A stretch of 63,052 bases of DNA, filler included, from Stramenopiles sp. TOSAG23-2 (Eukaryota), in the NCBI GenBank assembly GCA_900128395.1. It is 7 parts of 7 records of this genome, joined end to end, with 100 filler letters (N's around TTAATTAATTAA, not from the genome) between each part and the next. Parts side by side here need not be neighbours in the genome. Positions count along the whole stretch, not along the records: positions 18,083 to 27,016 come from LT650144.1; positions 27,117 to 36,040 come from LT650145.1; 5 more parts are not named here. One strand, written 5' to 3'. A model generated the notes under the pieces. The model saw only the letters and a program-made list of their open reading frames with translations. It made no database searches and was not told the origin of the DNA. Below are positions 20,998-31,186 of this stretch, piece by piece. Every line of letters begins with the position of its first letter. The stretch's first letter is position 1. The position numbers and the translations under genes are program-made.

Positions 20998-23628
20998 ATG
21001 CAAAATTCAAACAACAAAATCAAATCAAGTACAAATGTACAACAAGTATCAAATGCAGAGAAAGATTGCATTGAAACTTGTATGCACTCGTTGACAGTAA
21101 CAGTTCGACGAAACATTGAAAGTGAGGTGACGTATTCATCGCAAGTGAGTGCCATCGTCAACTCTAGAAAGTTCCTTCTATCAAAGATTTATGTAGCAAT
21201 GGAAAAAATGAAAAACTTTTCTACAAATGCATTGCGTCATTTTGTAAATTTGTTTATGAAGATTAGCGATTACAGCAATATGCACTTGGAAAAAAAGTCC
21301 CATGTATGGATAGTCGTAAACTTCTTCCGCTGTTGTTGCAAAAACGAATACAACAAGATGAAATGCGTAGATTTTGTATACAAGTTGTTGGTACATCATG
21401 TCAATGCGATGGAAAATGTTGCAAAAGAGTTGAAAATTTTCTCCAACAAGTTTGTTATGAATAGTCATCAATTTGATTCATTTATTAAAATGAAATACGA
21501 AAAATTAAAACCGGAAAACCAAGTGTATTTTGAAGCGGATGCAGAGGAAGAAGAGGCATTTCGCCGCAAACAAATGGAGCTGTTGAAAGAGACAAAAGGT
21601 GATGATGATGGTGGCGATGATGATGATGGTGATGGTGGCGATGATGATGATGATGGCAATGATGATGATGATGATGATGGCAATGATGATAGCAATGATG
21701 GCAAAAAATCTTCTAAAAAATCTTCAAAAAAATCTTCAAAAAAATCATCAAAAAAATCATCAAAAAAAGAAGACGATGACAAAGACAATGAAGACGACGA
21801 TGAAGACGATGAAGACGACGATGAAAATGACGATGAAGACAATCACAACAATGATTCGCCAAAAAGCAAGAAAAAAACAAAGACAGAACGTCTCAAATTG
21901 ATTGAGAAAAAAACTCCTGGTGTATTTGCACAAAGGCAAAAACCCCGCATGTTTGATGGCACTATTGATAATAATATTACCAAGAACTTTCATTTTAGTC
22001 AGCTAAAATTGGACTACAAGACGGAAGTTCATACAGCAATTGAAAATTATTTTGAAAGAAATAAAACAAACTTCAAAGCTCCACGTGGTAAAAACAATCA
22101 ACAAGTTTCGTTTGGATGGGTTACTGGGGCGGATACTGCATCATCATCGTATAACGGAAAACATATCATGAGACAAAGTGTGGCGGAAAATTTTATGGCA
22201 ACATTATCAAACGGTTTACAAATTCATTTAATGGATATATACAAAAAATTGGCGCCGAAAAGTTATATTCAATTATTGAAAATTCCACGAAGGAATTGGT
22301 TGACTCCATTTTGTCCTTTTTTAAGTGGACAGGTAAACATATGTACTGAGTTAAAAACAAATGTATTACGTGAAGAAGATTTAAATCAATTATTTAAAGA
22401 AAAAGATGTTGAAGAAAATGAACATGAAAAAGAAGTCGTTGACAAAGAGCCACAAGAAGAAGAAGAAGAAGAAGAAGAAGCAGAATTGAATAAATATGTA
22501 AACATTTTGTCACCCAATGGTAACGTGAAATTCAATTGTGCGTTTTGGCATTTTGATGGCAACAATGCACCAGGTATTAAGCAAATGAATATATACGATT
22601 CAAACATTGGATGCCAATTGTGGATTTCGTCTGGTAAATTGAAAAAAAATAATATGAATTTGTTTTATTTTTTCGAATCTGGTGGTATCGATGGATACAC
22701 AGTATATCAATGGACCACAGATCTTATGATTGTAATTGGTAACTTTGGAAAATTTGTACATGCCACTACTGGAATGATAATAAGAACTGGTCAATATGAG
22801 AAATTACAGGATGTGTGTTATAGAAATTTTTTCACATTAAACGCCCAAACGAATACAGTTCTGTTATTACAAAAACCCCATTTAGATTTGAAAGTTTTAA
22901 AATATATTGAACAAAAAAGGTTGTTAAACGAATTTGTTGAAAAAGTAAATAGTGGTAAAGATATTGAAATATCTTGGTTTAAAACATATTTGTATGGTGT
23001 TGGAAAAGGCGTTTTTGCAATATTTTATGCAACGTTATTTCAAGAACTTGGATTTATAAAAATGAATCGTGGATATATGCCAGCTTTTAAAGGTATTTGT
23101 GGTTCAATTCGTGGATATTATTTTCTTGTCAATGGACGTGCATATCCATCCATGACTGATTTTATGATCAAGATAAGCAATGATGAGGCTGACAAGGAAC
23201 GTGCGATTCGAGTTAAAAAAAAATTTGATTCTGCATATTTACAAAATCATGTACCACGTATGGTTGCGTTTATTAACAAAATTTTATTAAACAAACCAAA
23301 TAAATTTACTGCATTGGATGTTGAAAATGCATTATGCAAATTTAGCGTTGCATTACGAGATTGCAAAGCAACAAAATCAAGTTCTGGTATTGGCCCAAGT
23401 TCTTTATTGGAAGAGGCAAAAAAATCAATTGCGGTGGATATTATTGATTTAACGGATGATGGTGATGGCAGTGGGGAAGAAAAGATGTATTTAATGGAGG
23501 ATGTTAAAACATCTATGACATCAAACAAAAAACGACGTTTCGAAGAAGACAGTGTGACTGGTGATGAACAAGAAAGTGGATCATCATCAATGTCAAAAAT
23601 AACAAAAAAGGCAAAAAAGGGTGAATAA
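20998..23628 (+). CDS. TET/JBP-family 2OG-Fe(II) dioxygenase fused to an HhH-fold aGPT-PPlase1/5-hmdU DNA kinase-like domain
   Basis: Dioxygenase motifs: RG...SFGW, YKKLAPKSY, PFLSGQVN, HFDGNN (H518/D520), HATT (H588), R609. HhH-fold motifs: LYGVGKGVFA, GICGSIRG, LDVENALCKF. Confidence 0.7.
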   Translation: MQNSNNKIKSSTNVQQVSNAEKDCIETCMHSLTVTVRRNIESEVTYSSQVSAIVNSRKFLLSKIYVAMEKMKNFSTNALRHFVNLFMKISDYSNMHLEKKSHVWIVVNFFRCCCKNEYNKMKCVDFVYKLLVHHVNAMENVAKELKIFSNKFVMNSHQFDSFIKMKYEKLKPENQVYFEADAEEEEAFRRKQMELLKETKGDDDGGDDDDGDGGDDDDDGNDDDDDDGNDDSNDGKKSSKKSSKKSSKKSSKKSSKKEDDDKDNEDDDEDDEDDDENDDEDNHNNDSPKSKKKTKTERLKLIEKKTPGVFAQRQKPRMFDGTIDNNITKNFHFSQLKLDYKTEVHTAIENYFERNKTNFKAPRGKNNQQVSFGWVTGADTASSSYNGKHIMRQSVAENFMATLSNGLQIHLMDIYKKLAPKSYIQLLKIPRRNWLTPFCPFLSGQVNICTELKTNVLREEDLNQLFKEKDVEENEHEKEVVDKEPQEEEEEEEEAELNKYVNILSPNGNVKFNCAFWHFDGNNAPGIKQMNIYDSNIGCQLWISSGKLKKNNMNLFYFFESGGIDGYTVYQWTTDLMIVIGNFGKFVHATTGMIIRTGQYEKLQDVCYRNFFTLNAQTNTVLLLQKPHLDLKVLKYIEQKRLLNEFVEKVNSGKDIEISWFKTYLYGVGKGVFAIFYATLFQELGFIKMNRGYMPAFKGICGSIRGYYFLVNGRAYPSMTDFMIKISNDEADKERAIRVKKKFDSAYLQNHVPRMVAFINKILLNKPNKFTALDVENALCKFSVALRDCKATKSSSGIGPSSLLEEAKKSIAVDIIDLTDDGDGSGEEKMYLMEDVKTSMTSNKKRRFEEDSVTGDEQESGSSSMSKITKKAKKGE
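21600..21845 (+). repeat. Coding low-complexity repeats (GAT/GGC runs; 12-bp SSKK unit x~5; GACGATGAA runs)
   Basis: Read directly; encodes an acidic/basic linker. Confidence 0.85.
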
Positions 23629-23951
23629 AAAACTATATAATATTAAAGTTATATGCAATATTATGGTATCACAATACGAACTTCGTACAAACCGTATTTT
23701 AAAATATTAAATTATTTTTATTATATTTTTTACTTAGATTTTAACCATCATTTATAAAAAAATTATGACATATATCCATATATTACATTTAATACGCATA
23801 TTATATGATAATATTTTCATTTGATCGATATTTTCATTGTTTTGTTGGTTATTTCGTTATATATTGTTATATTTTTATTTATTTTACTTTTTCACCATAT
23901 ATGACCTGTATATCAACCTTTCTGTTTAATTTTTTTTCCCATTGTTGTCAT

Positions 23952-26585
23952 TTACACAGTTGTCTTGGTATTCATGTTTGTTGTTGGTTCGTTACTAGAA
24001 CTACTACTACTATTCGTTCCTTTTTTTGCCTTATTGTTTGAATGGAATTCACGAAAATCCGTTGAGGTAAATATTGTACCAAATTGTGTATTATAATACG
24101 CAGATATTGCTACCCAATATCCATTGTTGAATGTTTTGATACTTGGTTTTTCCAGTACCTTCATCCAACTCATAATAGTGTTTAATTTAGTTTTATCAAT
24201 TTTTTTCCTCTTTTCTAAGTTCTCTTTTCTTTTTTTATTCACATAATGTCTTAATGAATTAAACCTGTCGCTTTTGGGTATTATATCATAGGCATTAGTT
24301 TTCACTGCTGACGGTGCATACAAATCGTTTAAACCGTAACATTCATGCAAATCATTGCATTTTAAATGATACAATAAAATAAATATTTGAAATTTATCAT
24401 CCAAACGAAATAATTCCCAAATATCTGCCTCTAATAATGCAGAATGCCATTTATTGTTAACATTAGTGTTACTACCTGCTGTGTTATTGTTGGCATTGTT
24501 CATGGTCGTATTGCTACTACCACCTGTGCCGTTGTTACCATTGTTTGTGGTTGCGTTGTTACCACCACCTGATGTGTCGTTGTCAGCATTGTTTGTGGTT
24601 GTATCATACCTATCATTATTATAACACAATGCATTTAATTTGTTACAATACAAGCATTTCTGACATACTTTTTCGATGGTAAATTTTACATTGTCTAATA
24701 CAATTTGTAACGATTCATTTCCGGAGGAGGAGGAGCTACGGGATTCGGTATTTGATATTTGTGCTTTTACAAAGCCGTTGTTCAAAGTTATTGATATACT
24801 TCGATTTACTGGATTCGTGACTGCAGTTATGTTAGCAAATAATCGTAAACATGGTGCATGTATTAAATTACCTATTTGCATGAATTCCTTTTGCAGTGAT
24901 CGACTGTTGTATCCAAACGTCACTGTTGTCTCACCAGTATTACTATTCCTTACAATTCGTTGTGACTCGATTTCAAGAAACTCGCGCTTCAATTCTATTG
25001 GAACAAAATTTTTGTGAGCCTCAACTTGTTCCCACACCCTTAATTTATTATCTGAATTTCGTACTACAACAAGACGTGTCATGTCAAATGCTTCTTTTAA
25101 TAAATGTTGCTCGGATGGAACAAGATAACGGCGACTTATGTATTTCCATAAATATTCTTTATTTTTAACGAAAAAACAATGTCGAAATTTATATGTGATT
25201 TTACCTCCCGTATATTCAACTTCTTTTTTGAAATCATAATTTGCTAAACGTTTTAGCAAATGCTTCCAATTTTGAGTTTTTAAGAAATACCATGATGGTT
25301 TCCTCTTTCTAGTTTTTTCCCAATAAATTTTTTGATCACCTAACAGGGGTGGTAAACTATCGTTCATCTTTTCTACAAGTTTGTCCCCTAGTTCATTATG
25401 AATTTTTGATTGTGCCTTTTTGGCCATGTTCGATGTAGCGTTGGCGTTGGCAGTGTTCAATGTAATGGTAAACCAATCAATATCATTTCCCTCGTTTTCA
25501 TCTACATTTTCCCCCGTTCCATCTGCATTTTCCGTCGTACCCCAACGTATACCAGGAATACTGTTATTGGTACATATGATACCTAATGCTTGTATAAATT
25601 TCACTGTGGTTGGGTCATTTCTTAACTTGGTAATTACTTTCTGGTAATTACTTTCTGCCGCTTCGAACCGTTCATTTGTATTATTATTATTATTATTAAT
25701 ACGTTGTTGGGTAGTATTACCATTGTTACTGTTGTTTTGTCTTGTTGTTGGCAAAGTATTGTTAATAGTACAGGTTGAAAAATCAATACCATTAAATGTA
25801 TTGTTTGCTGATATACAATTCTTAACTCTTGCGCACACGGGTGATGGACGGTGAGGTGCTACTATACCCATCTTTTGATCATAACATACATTTTTATATG
25901 TACTAAGTTCAATTCTTTCAACAACTTGATGACGGGTACCCGACAACGGCTTACACGATGTAATTTTTCCAAGTTTGATGTAAGATAATGGCCCACCACC
26001 TAATTCTCGTGACGATATAAATTGCTCTGCAATTTGTATGTATTTGTATTGCAATTGTTTCAGTGATTCGTTGCTCCCAAGAAACACAAAATTTGACAAC
26101 GCACCTTTTTTGCTCTCTGGTTTCACCACTTTCAAATGAGTATTTATATTATCAAATAAAATTGAAGAGTTGTATGGACAACCTGGACACGTTTCCAAGT
26201 GATTTTGTATACGTGTAACCGATAGGTCCAGGTTGCAGGATATATATCTATCTTCATTTTTCACTTTTTTGATAACATCCGGACATATGAAAGGAGCATA
26301 GTTCCAAATTTTAGTGCTTTTTGTAGAAGCATGTAGCCGGTTAAACCTTCGGGGTGAATACAGTTCCCCGTCTACGTCGTTTGCGCATATATGCATAATT
26401 GCAATTTGCATCCACATATGTTCTTGTATTGTCATAGCGGTACATATGGTTGGCCTTACAGACTCCGGCTTTGATTCTGGCTTATGTGGCATGTTTTTGT
26501 TGAATAAATCATATACTTGTTGATGGAAAGTTTTCTTTCCATTTTTCATATTGAATTCACGTTTGCGCTTACCTGCGTTAATCAT
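23952..26585 (-). CDS. Hypothetical 877-aa protein (basic N-terminus, CPGC and CQKCLYC clusters, Asn-rich linkers)
   Basis: Long ATG-started ORF; no family recognised. Confidence 0.75.
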   Translation of the reverse strand: MINAGKRKREFNMKNGKKTFHQQVYDLFNKNMPHKPESKPESVRPTICTAMTIQEHMWMQIAIMHICANDVDGELYSPRRFNRLHASTKSTKIWNYAPFICPDVIKKVKNEDRYISCNLDLSVTRIQNHLETCPGCPYNSSILFDNINTHLKVVKPESKKGALSNFVFLGSNESLKQLQYKYIQIAEQFISSRELGGGPLSYIKLGKITSCKPLSGTRHQVVERIELSTYKNVCYDQKMGIVAPHRPSPVCARVKNCISANNTFNGIDFSTCTINNTLPTTRQNNSNNGNTTQQRINNNNNNTNERFEAAESNYQKVITKLRNDPTTVKFIQALGIICTNNSIPGIRWGTTENADGTGENVDENEGNDIDWFTITLNTANANATSNMAKKAQSKIHNELGDKLVEKMNDSLPPLLGDQKIYWEKTRKRKPSWYFLKTQNWKHLLKRLANYDFKKEVEYTGGKITYKFRHCFFVKNKEYLWKYISRRYLVPSEQHLLKEAFDMTRLVVVRNSDNKLRVWEQVEAHKNFVPIELKREFLEIESQRIVRNSNTGETTVTFGYNSRSLQKEFMQIGNLIHAPCLRLFANITAVTNPVNRSISITLNNGFVKAQISNTESRSSSSSGNESLQIVLDNVKFTIEKVCQKCLYCNKLNALCYNNDRYDTTTNNADNDTSGGGNNATTNNGNNGTGGSSNTTMNNANNNTAGSNTNVNNKWHSALLEADIWELFRLDDKFQIFILLYHLKCNDLHECYGLNDLYAPSAVKTNAYDIIPKSDRFNSLRHYVNKKRKENLEKRKKIDKTKLNTIMSWMKVLEKPSIKTFNNGYWVAISAYYNTQFGTIFTSTDFREFHSNNKAKKGTNSSSSSSNEPTTNMNTKTTV

Positions 26586-26843
26586 TTTGATTGGAAATAT
26601 ATATATATATATTAATATTATGGCGTATAAAATATATACATATGTATAGTTTTAATATATGTAATATGTATATATGTATTTGTATTGTTCCCATCGATGT
26701 ATATATATTCTACATTATATAATAACTGTGTAATTATTATATTATTATTATTTTTTTGTTGTTTTCCAAAACTCACACACCACTCGAACGATTAATTAGT
26801 GTTTTTGATAGTTACATATATTATAGTGTTTAAGTATACTAAA

Positions 26844-26897
26844 AAATTTGTGCCGAAAATTTACGACTGGCCGGCACAGTAAAAATTATATCGGGAA
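26844..26897 (-). repeat. ~55-bp dispersed hairpin element, copy 1
   Basis: The reverse complement matches 35841-35899 (35-bp core with 1 mismatch). Contains a TGTGCCG-N16-CGGCACA stem. Confidence 0.8.
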
Positions 26898-27016
26898 TAT
26901 ATATATTGGCTGCATCAATGTATCGATAGAGAACGAAGTCCAGAAGTAATAGCAATAGGAAGGACAACATAATTAATAGATTGTTGTATACACTTATATA
27001 TAGTCATTTATTTATT

Positions 27017-27116
27017 NNNNNNNNNNNNNNNNNNNNNNNNNNNNNNNNNNNNNNNNNNNNTTAATTAATTAANNNNNNNNNNNNNNNNNNNNNNNNNNNN
27101 NNNNNNNNNNNNNNNN
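27017..27116. other. Artificial scaffold linker
   Basis: N44-TTAATTAATTAA-N44. Confidence 0.98.
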
Positions 27117-30075
27117 TACTCGTATTTATTTTATCATTGTTATTTTGCTTCTTATATATATTCACGTTGCTCTTTTTGGTTTTTCCTGCATTATCACCAC
27201 TACTTTTGCTTTGCTTACTCTTCATAAAATTTAATCCGCCAAATATTTTCTTTTTTTTCTTTTTTTTCTTTTTTTGGTTATTTGAATTTTGCTCATTGCG
27301 TATATCCATTTTCGAAATAATATCAGGTTTCAATAATTTACCAAAATAATAGCTGTGCATTCTTGAAAATAAATTTTTAATGCCTTTTTTACGAGCTGTT
27401 TTTGACATCGGCTTATGATGTTTGCGCATCTGTTGCACTGCAGCGGTTAGCATGAGATCGTGATTCTCACGACGGTTTTGAATTTTACTGTCTAAAGTTT
27501 GCCATTCCATTTCCATTTGTTTTTTACGTTGTTCGCTGACTTTTTTATAATCTTCTTTGACATTATTATCAAATTCTTTTTTAACTTCCGTAATCGGCGT
27601 CTTCTTATATACTTTTTTATTTAATGACCAACTAGTTCCCATTTCCTCGTCGTAATCGTTTTTATCCAATTCTTTAAACACTTCTTTCTCATCTTCATCA
27701 CAGAAGTCATTATATATTAACATTTTTACAAGCTGGCCATTTTCAATTTCATCCATCTTTGCTTTGATTTCACCTTCGCGATGATTGTATTGTGCAACGA
27801 TAGATTCAAATTTAGTAGTAGTACCCATGATGTCAAACTCCATCTGAAAGTTGGAATGTTTCTTGAGTACTCTTCGTCCCGGTGTATTAGCAAGGGCAAT
27901 TTCCTCCTTCATCTTATCATTAACAATATCTTCGAAATGTTCCATCTTATCCTCAACATCAGGGTCAAAATCTGGTTCATTCTGTTCCTTCCTGCTTTTT
28001 TTATGTGCTAAAAGTTTTTCGATTAAACGGTTTATATCTTCATCGCTAATGCCAGTAAATTTGCATAGGCGAGGTCTACGATTAAATAAATTTGCTTTTT
28101 CTACTGTCCAAGTATTATCCACTTTTTCCCCCGCATTGGCTTGGTGGATCCCACTTTCATCTTCGTGCCTATACATCAAACATAATGATTGCCAAAATGT
28201 TGGACCCATGCCAAGTTGTGCAGCTGCATCCTCTAACACTTGGCGGGTTGTAGTTTCCTTGCGTACTTTCATGGAGACATTGGAATTTGCCCCATCATTT
28301 CCACCTTCTAATTTTAAGTTTAATGTCCAAGTGGTTGGTATGCGGACTTTTTTTGGATTTTCTTTGCTACCAGCTTCTCCTTGAACGTCGCATTCATCCT
28401 CTCTATACGCTTTTTCATTCTTTTTCAACGTTTTCCATTCATAGAAAGGGTAAAATATTTTGTACTCAATTTCTTCTTCTTCTTCTTTTGCGTCTTGTTT
28501 CGCCTGTTCAATTTCAACTTTTTCCTCCACTTCCTCTTCCTCCACTTCCTCTTTACTCGCTGCAATATTTTGTGCACGAGATGACATTAATTCTTGTATC
28601 ACTTCTTCCGCCTTTTGTTCCTTTTGCTGCATCGTTTTTGCTAATTTTTCAACTTTTAAACGTTCCTCTTCTAATTTCTCTTTCGAGTCTTCTTGTTCTT
28701 TTAACATTTTCTGAGCAGCTTGGTCGGCATCTTTTTTCAACTCATTCAACGCTTCATCCTTTTTGCGTAATGAATCTTGCAATTCGTTGCATAGATCTTC
28801 CAACTCTTTCCTACTTTTACGCATCCGTCCCCAGCTTTCTCTATCATGCAATAAATCATCGTCATCGTTTCCATCTTCATCATCCTCCAGATCACCAGCC
28901 ATAGATGGTTGCGGTACATCACTTCCTTTGCCTTCCGTTTGTGCCATTTGGCGTTGAGCTAAAATACGTTGCTCAGCAATTTCTTGCTCCATCATCTCTT
29001 TCATTCTGCGAAGTTCTTCACGAAATTTCTCTTCCATTTCTTTTTGTCGTTTGTTGACAGATTCCTCCGTAGCTTTGATGGCACTATCTACTTTTTTTTC
29101 TGCCTCTTCGCGTTTCAAACGCTCCTGCTCTAATTCCTTTCGAATTTCCATCTCTTCCAATCTCAACGTTTCTTTCAATTTTGTATCTTGTTCCAAACGT
29201 AAACGTTGTAACTCTTCTTTCCTTCGTCGTTCTTCCTCTTCCTTTTCACGTGCAAGTTGTTCTTTTGCAAGTACTTTGTTCTTTTCTTCTTCTTGTAGCT
29301 TCATTTTCATTTGATACGTGGCATCTTCATTTTCTTTCAATGCTTCTTCCTTCATTTGTCGCTTTATATGATCTACCGCAACATATTTTTTGCCACCTAA
29401 ATCAACGATATCATGGTACATATTATTATTATTATCACTTGATATATTGATATTTTGTTGTGCACTTTTTTGTGTTAACAAAGCTTCATATGTTGTAATG
29501 ACTTTGCGATTTTGCTTCACTTCTTTCTTTAATATATCCATCTTCTTTTTTCTAGAACGTAAACGCCTCTCGCCTTCTCTACAAGCTGCTTCAATTTTTC
29601 CTGTCTCCTCTTCTGCATCTTTTGCATATGTCAATAGTGCATTTTGTACATTTAACAAATATTCTATGATTAACTGAGATAAGCGAAACAATTTGATAAA
29701 ATGTTCGTCTGCATAGTGTGCTAAATCATCTGCGTCTAAATCTGCAAATGCAACTGCCTCGAGATGACTTTGCAAAGTATCAATATCGACATCTTCTATA
29801 ACACGTTCAATATCAATTCGAGAAATGCTTCGTAAATCCAATCGACCACGTCGCTGTTGGAAATAAAACGTATTCTCTGCTAATACAGCTGTTTCAGCAA
29901 CAGGTTCCGTACCAGGTATGGTAACATTAATACCAGGAATACGATTAATATCCTTCTTCCTACTACTACTACGTTTTGTTTTCTTTTTCTTGTATTTCTT
30001 CTTATTATTACTACTACTACTATTATTACTCTCTTCCATTTGCATTGTTTTTTTGGTACTATTTTCTTTATTCAT
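27117..30075 (-). CDS. DZIP1: DZIP1/DZIP1L-like cilium assembly protein, 3'-truncated
   Basis: Dzip-like N domain: FYFQQRRGRLDLRSISRIDIERVIEDVDIDTLQSHL...FIKLFRLSQLIIEYLL, followed by long coiled coils. No stop before the scaffold end. Confidence 0.8.
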
Positions 30076-30359
30076 TTTTCTGTTTCTTTTTGTTTTTAAT
30101 TCTCTTTTTCTTTTCCGTCTCTTTTCAAACTATATCTACATTTTATGTTTTTGTTTTTGACTTTTTCGTTTGAAATTTGCAAATTCACGAAAAATTGAGT
30201 GGAAATTCACTTCTTTTTTCAATTATTTACAACTGCCAAAACTACTATTATTATTATTATTCTTGTACCACCGGTTGGTACAATAATTAGAATATCAAAA
30301 CAATTTCCTATCATGCTGTTTTTTTTCCCATATTTTGTTCTGCTGCTATGAAACAAAAA

Positions 30360-30780
30360 GACGCTTGTATCCCTTGCTGTGTCAATGCTATTATATTAGC
30401 AGGTGCATAGCAGTGAAAATGGATGGGAAACTGTGTGTATCCCTTGCCGTGTCAATGCTATTATATTAGCAGGGGCATAGCATTGAAAATGGATGGGAAA
30501 CTGTGTGTATCCCTTGCCGTGTCAATGCTATTATACTTAGCAGGTGCATATAGGAGCGAAAATGGATGGAAAATTGGGCAACAATTGATCACTAACAAGT
30601 ATAAGCTTCCTACTATCAAAACGGCAAAAATGATTTCAATATAGATTCCAGATTCCCCCCACTATGCACCTGCTAATACAATAGTATGGAGATAGCACAC
30701 ATATATGTTCCATTTTCACTCTGCTATGTATCTGCTAAATATCAGCAAGCCGGGCAAGCCTGGCAAGGGATACAAGCGTC
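30360..30780. mobile_element. 421-bp MITE-like element with perfect 18-bp terminal inverted repeats
   Basis: GACGCTTGTATCCCTTGC (30360-30377) and GCAAGGGATACAAGCGTC (30763-30780). Internal 70-bp tandem units start at 30366, 30436 and 30506, with diverged inverted copies at 30660-30760. Confidence 0.8.
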
Positions 30781-31186
30781 AATTCAGTGTTAGATTTGTT
30801 GAAATACATTGTGTGATGTGGTGGTGTGCCATTATTATAAATAATCAAAGTTCATTAAGGGAATTTAAATTTAAGAAATATTAAACAAAAATAAATATTA
30901 CTATTTGCAACACTGTTCATATCACACACAATCAGAGGTAAATACATTTATTCAAATATTTTTTCCTTAAATAATTTTTACATTTTGATTCCTCCCCATA
31001 AAAAAAGTACCAGGTAGTTCAAAAGGTGATATATTATAGTGAAAATAACACCATCATCAAACTTATTATTATTAATATTGTTGCTATTTTGAAAATATAC
31101 TACTGATCCTTCCAAGATAGATAGATCGAAGGGATTTTGTTTTAAAAAAAAAGTAATATTATTATAATATAAATTTCAATATAATA

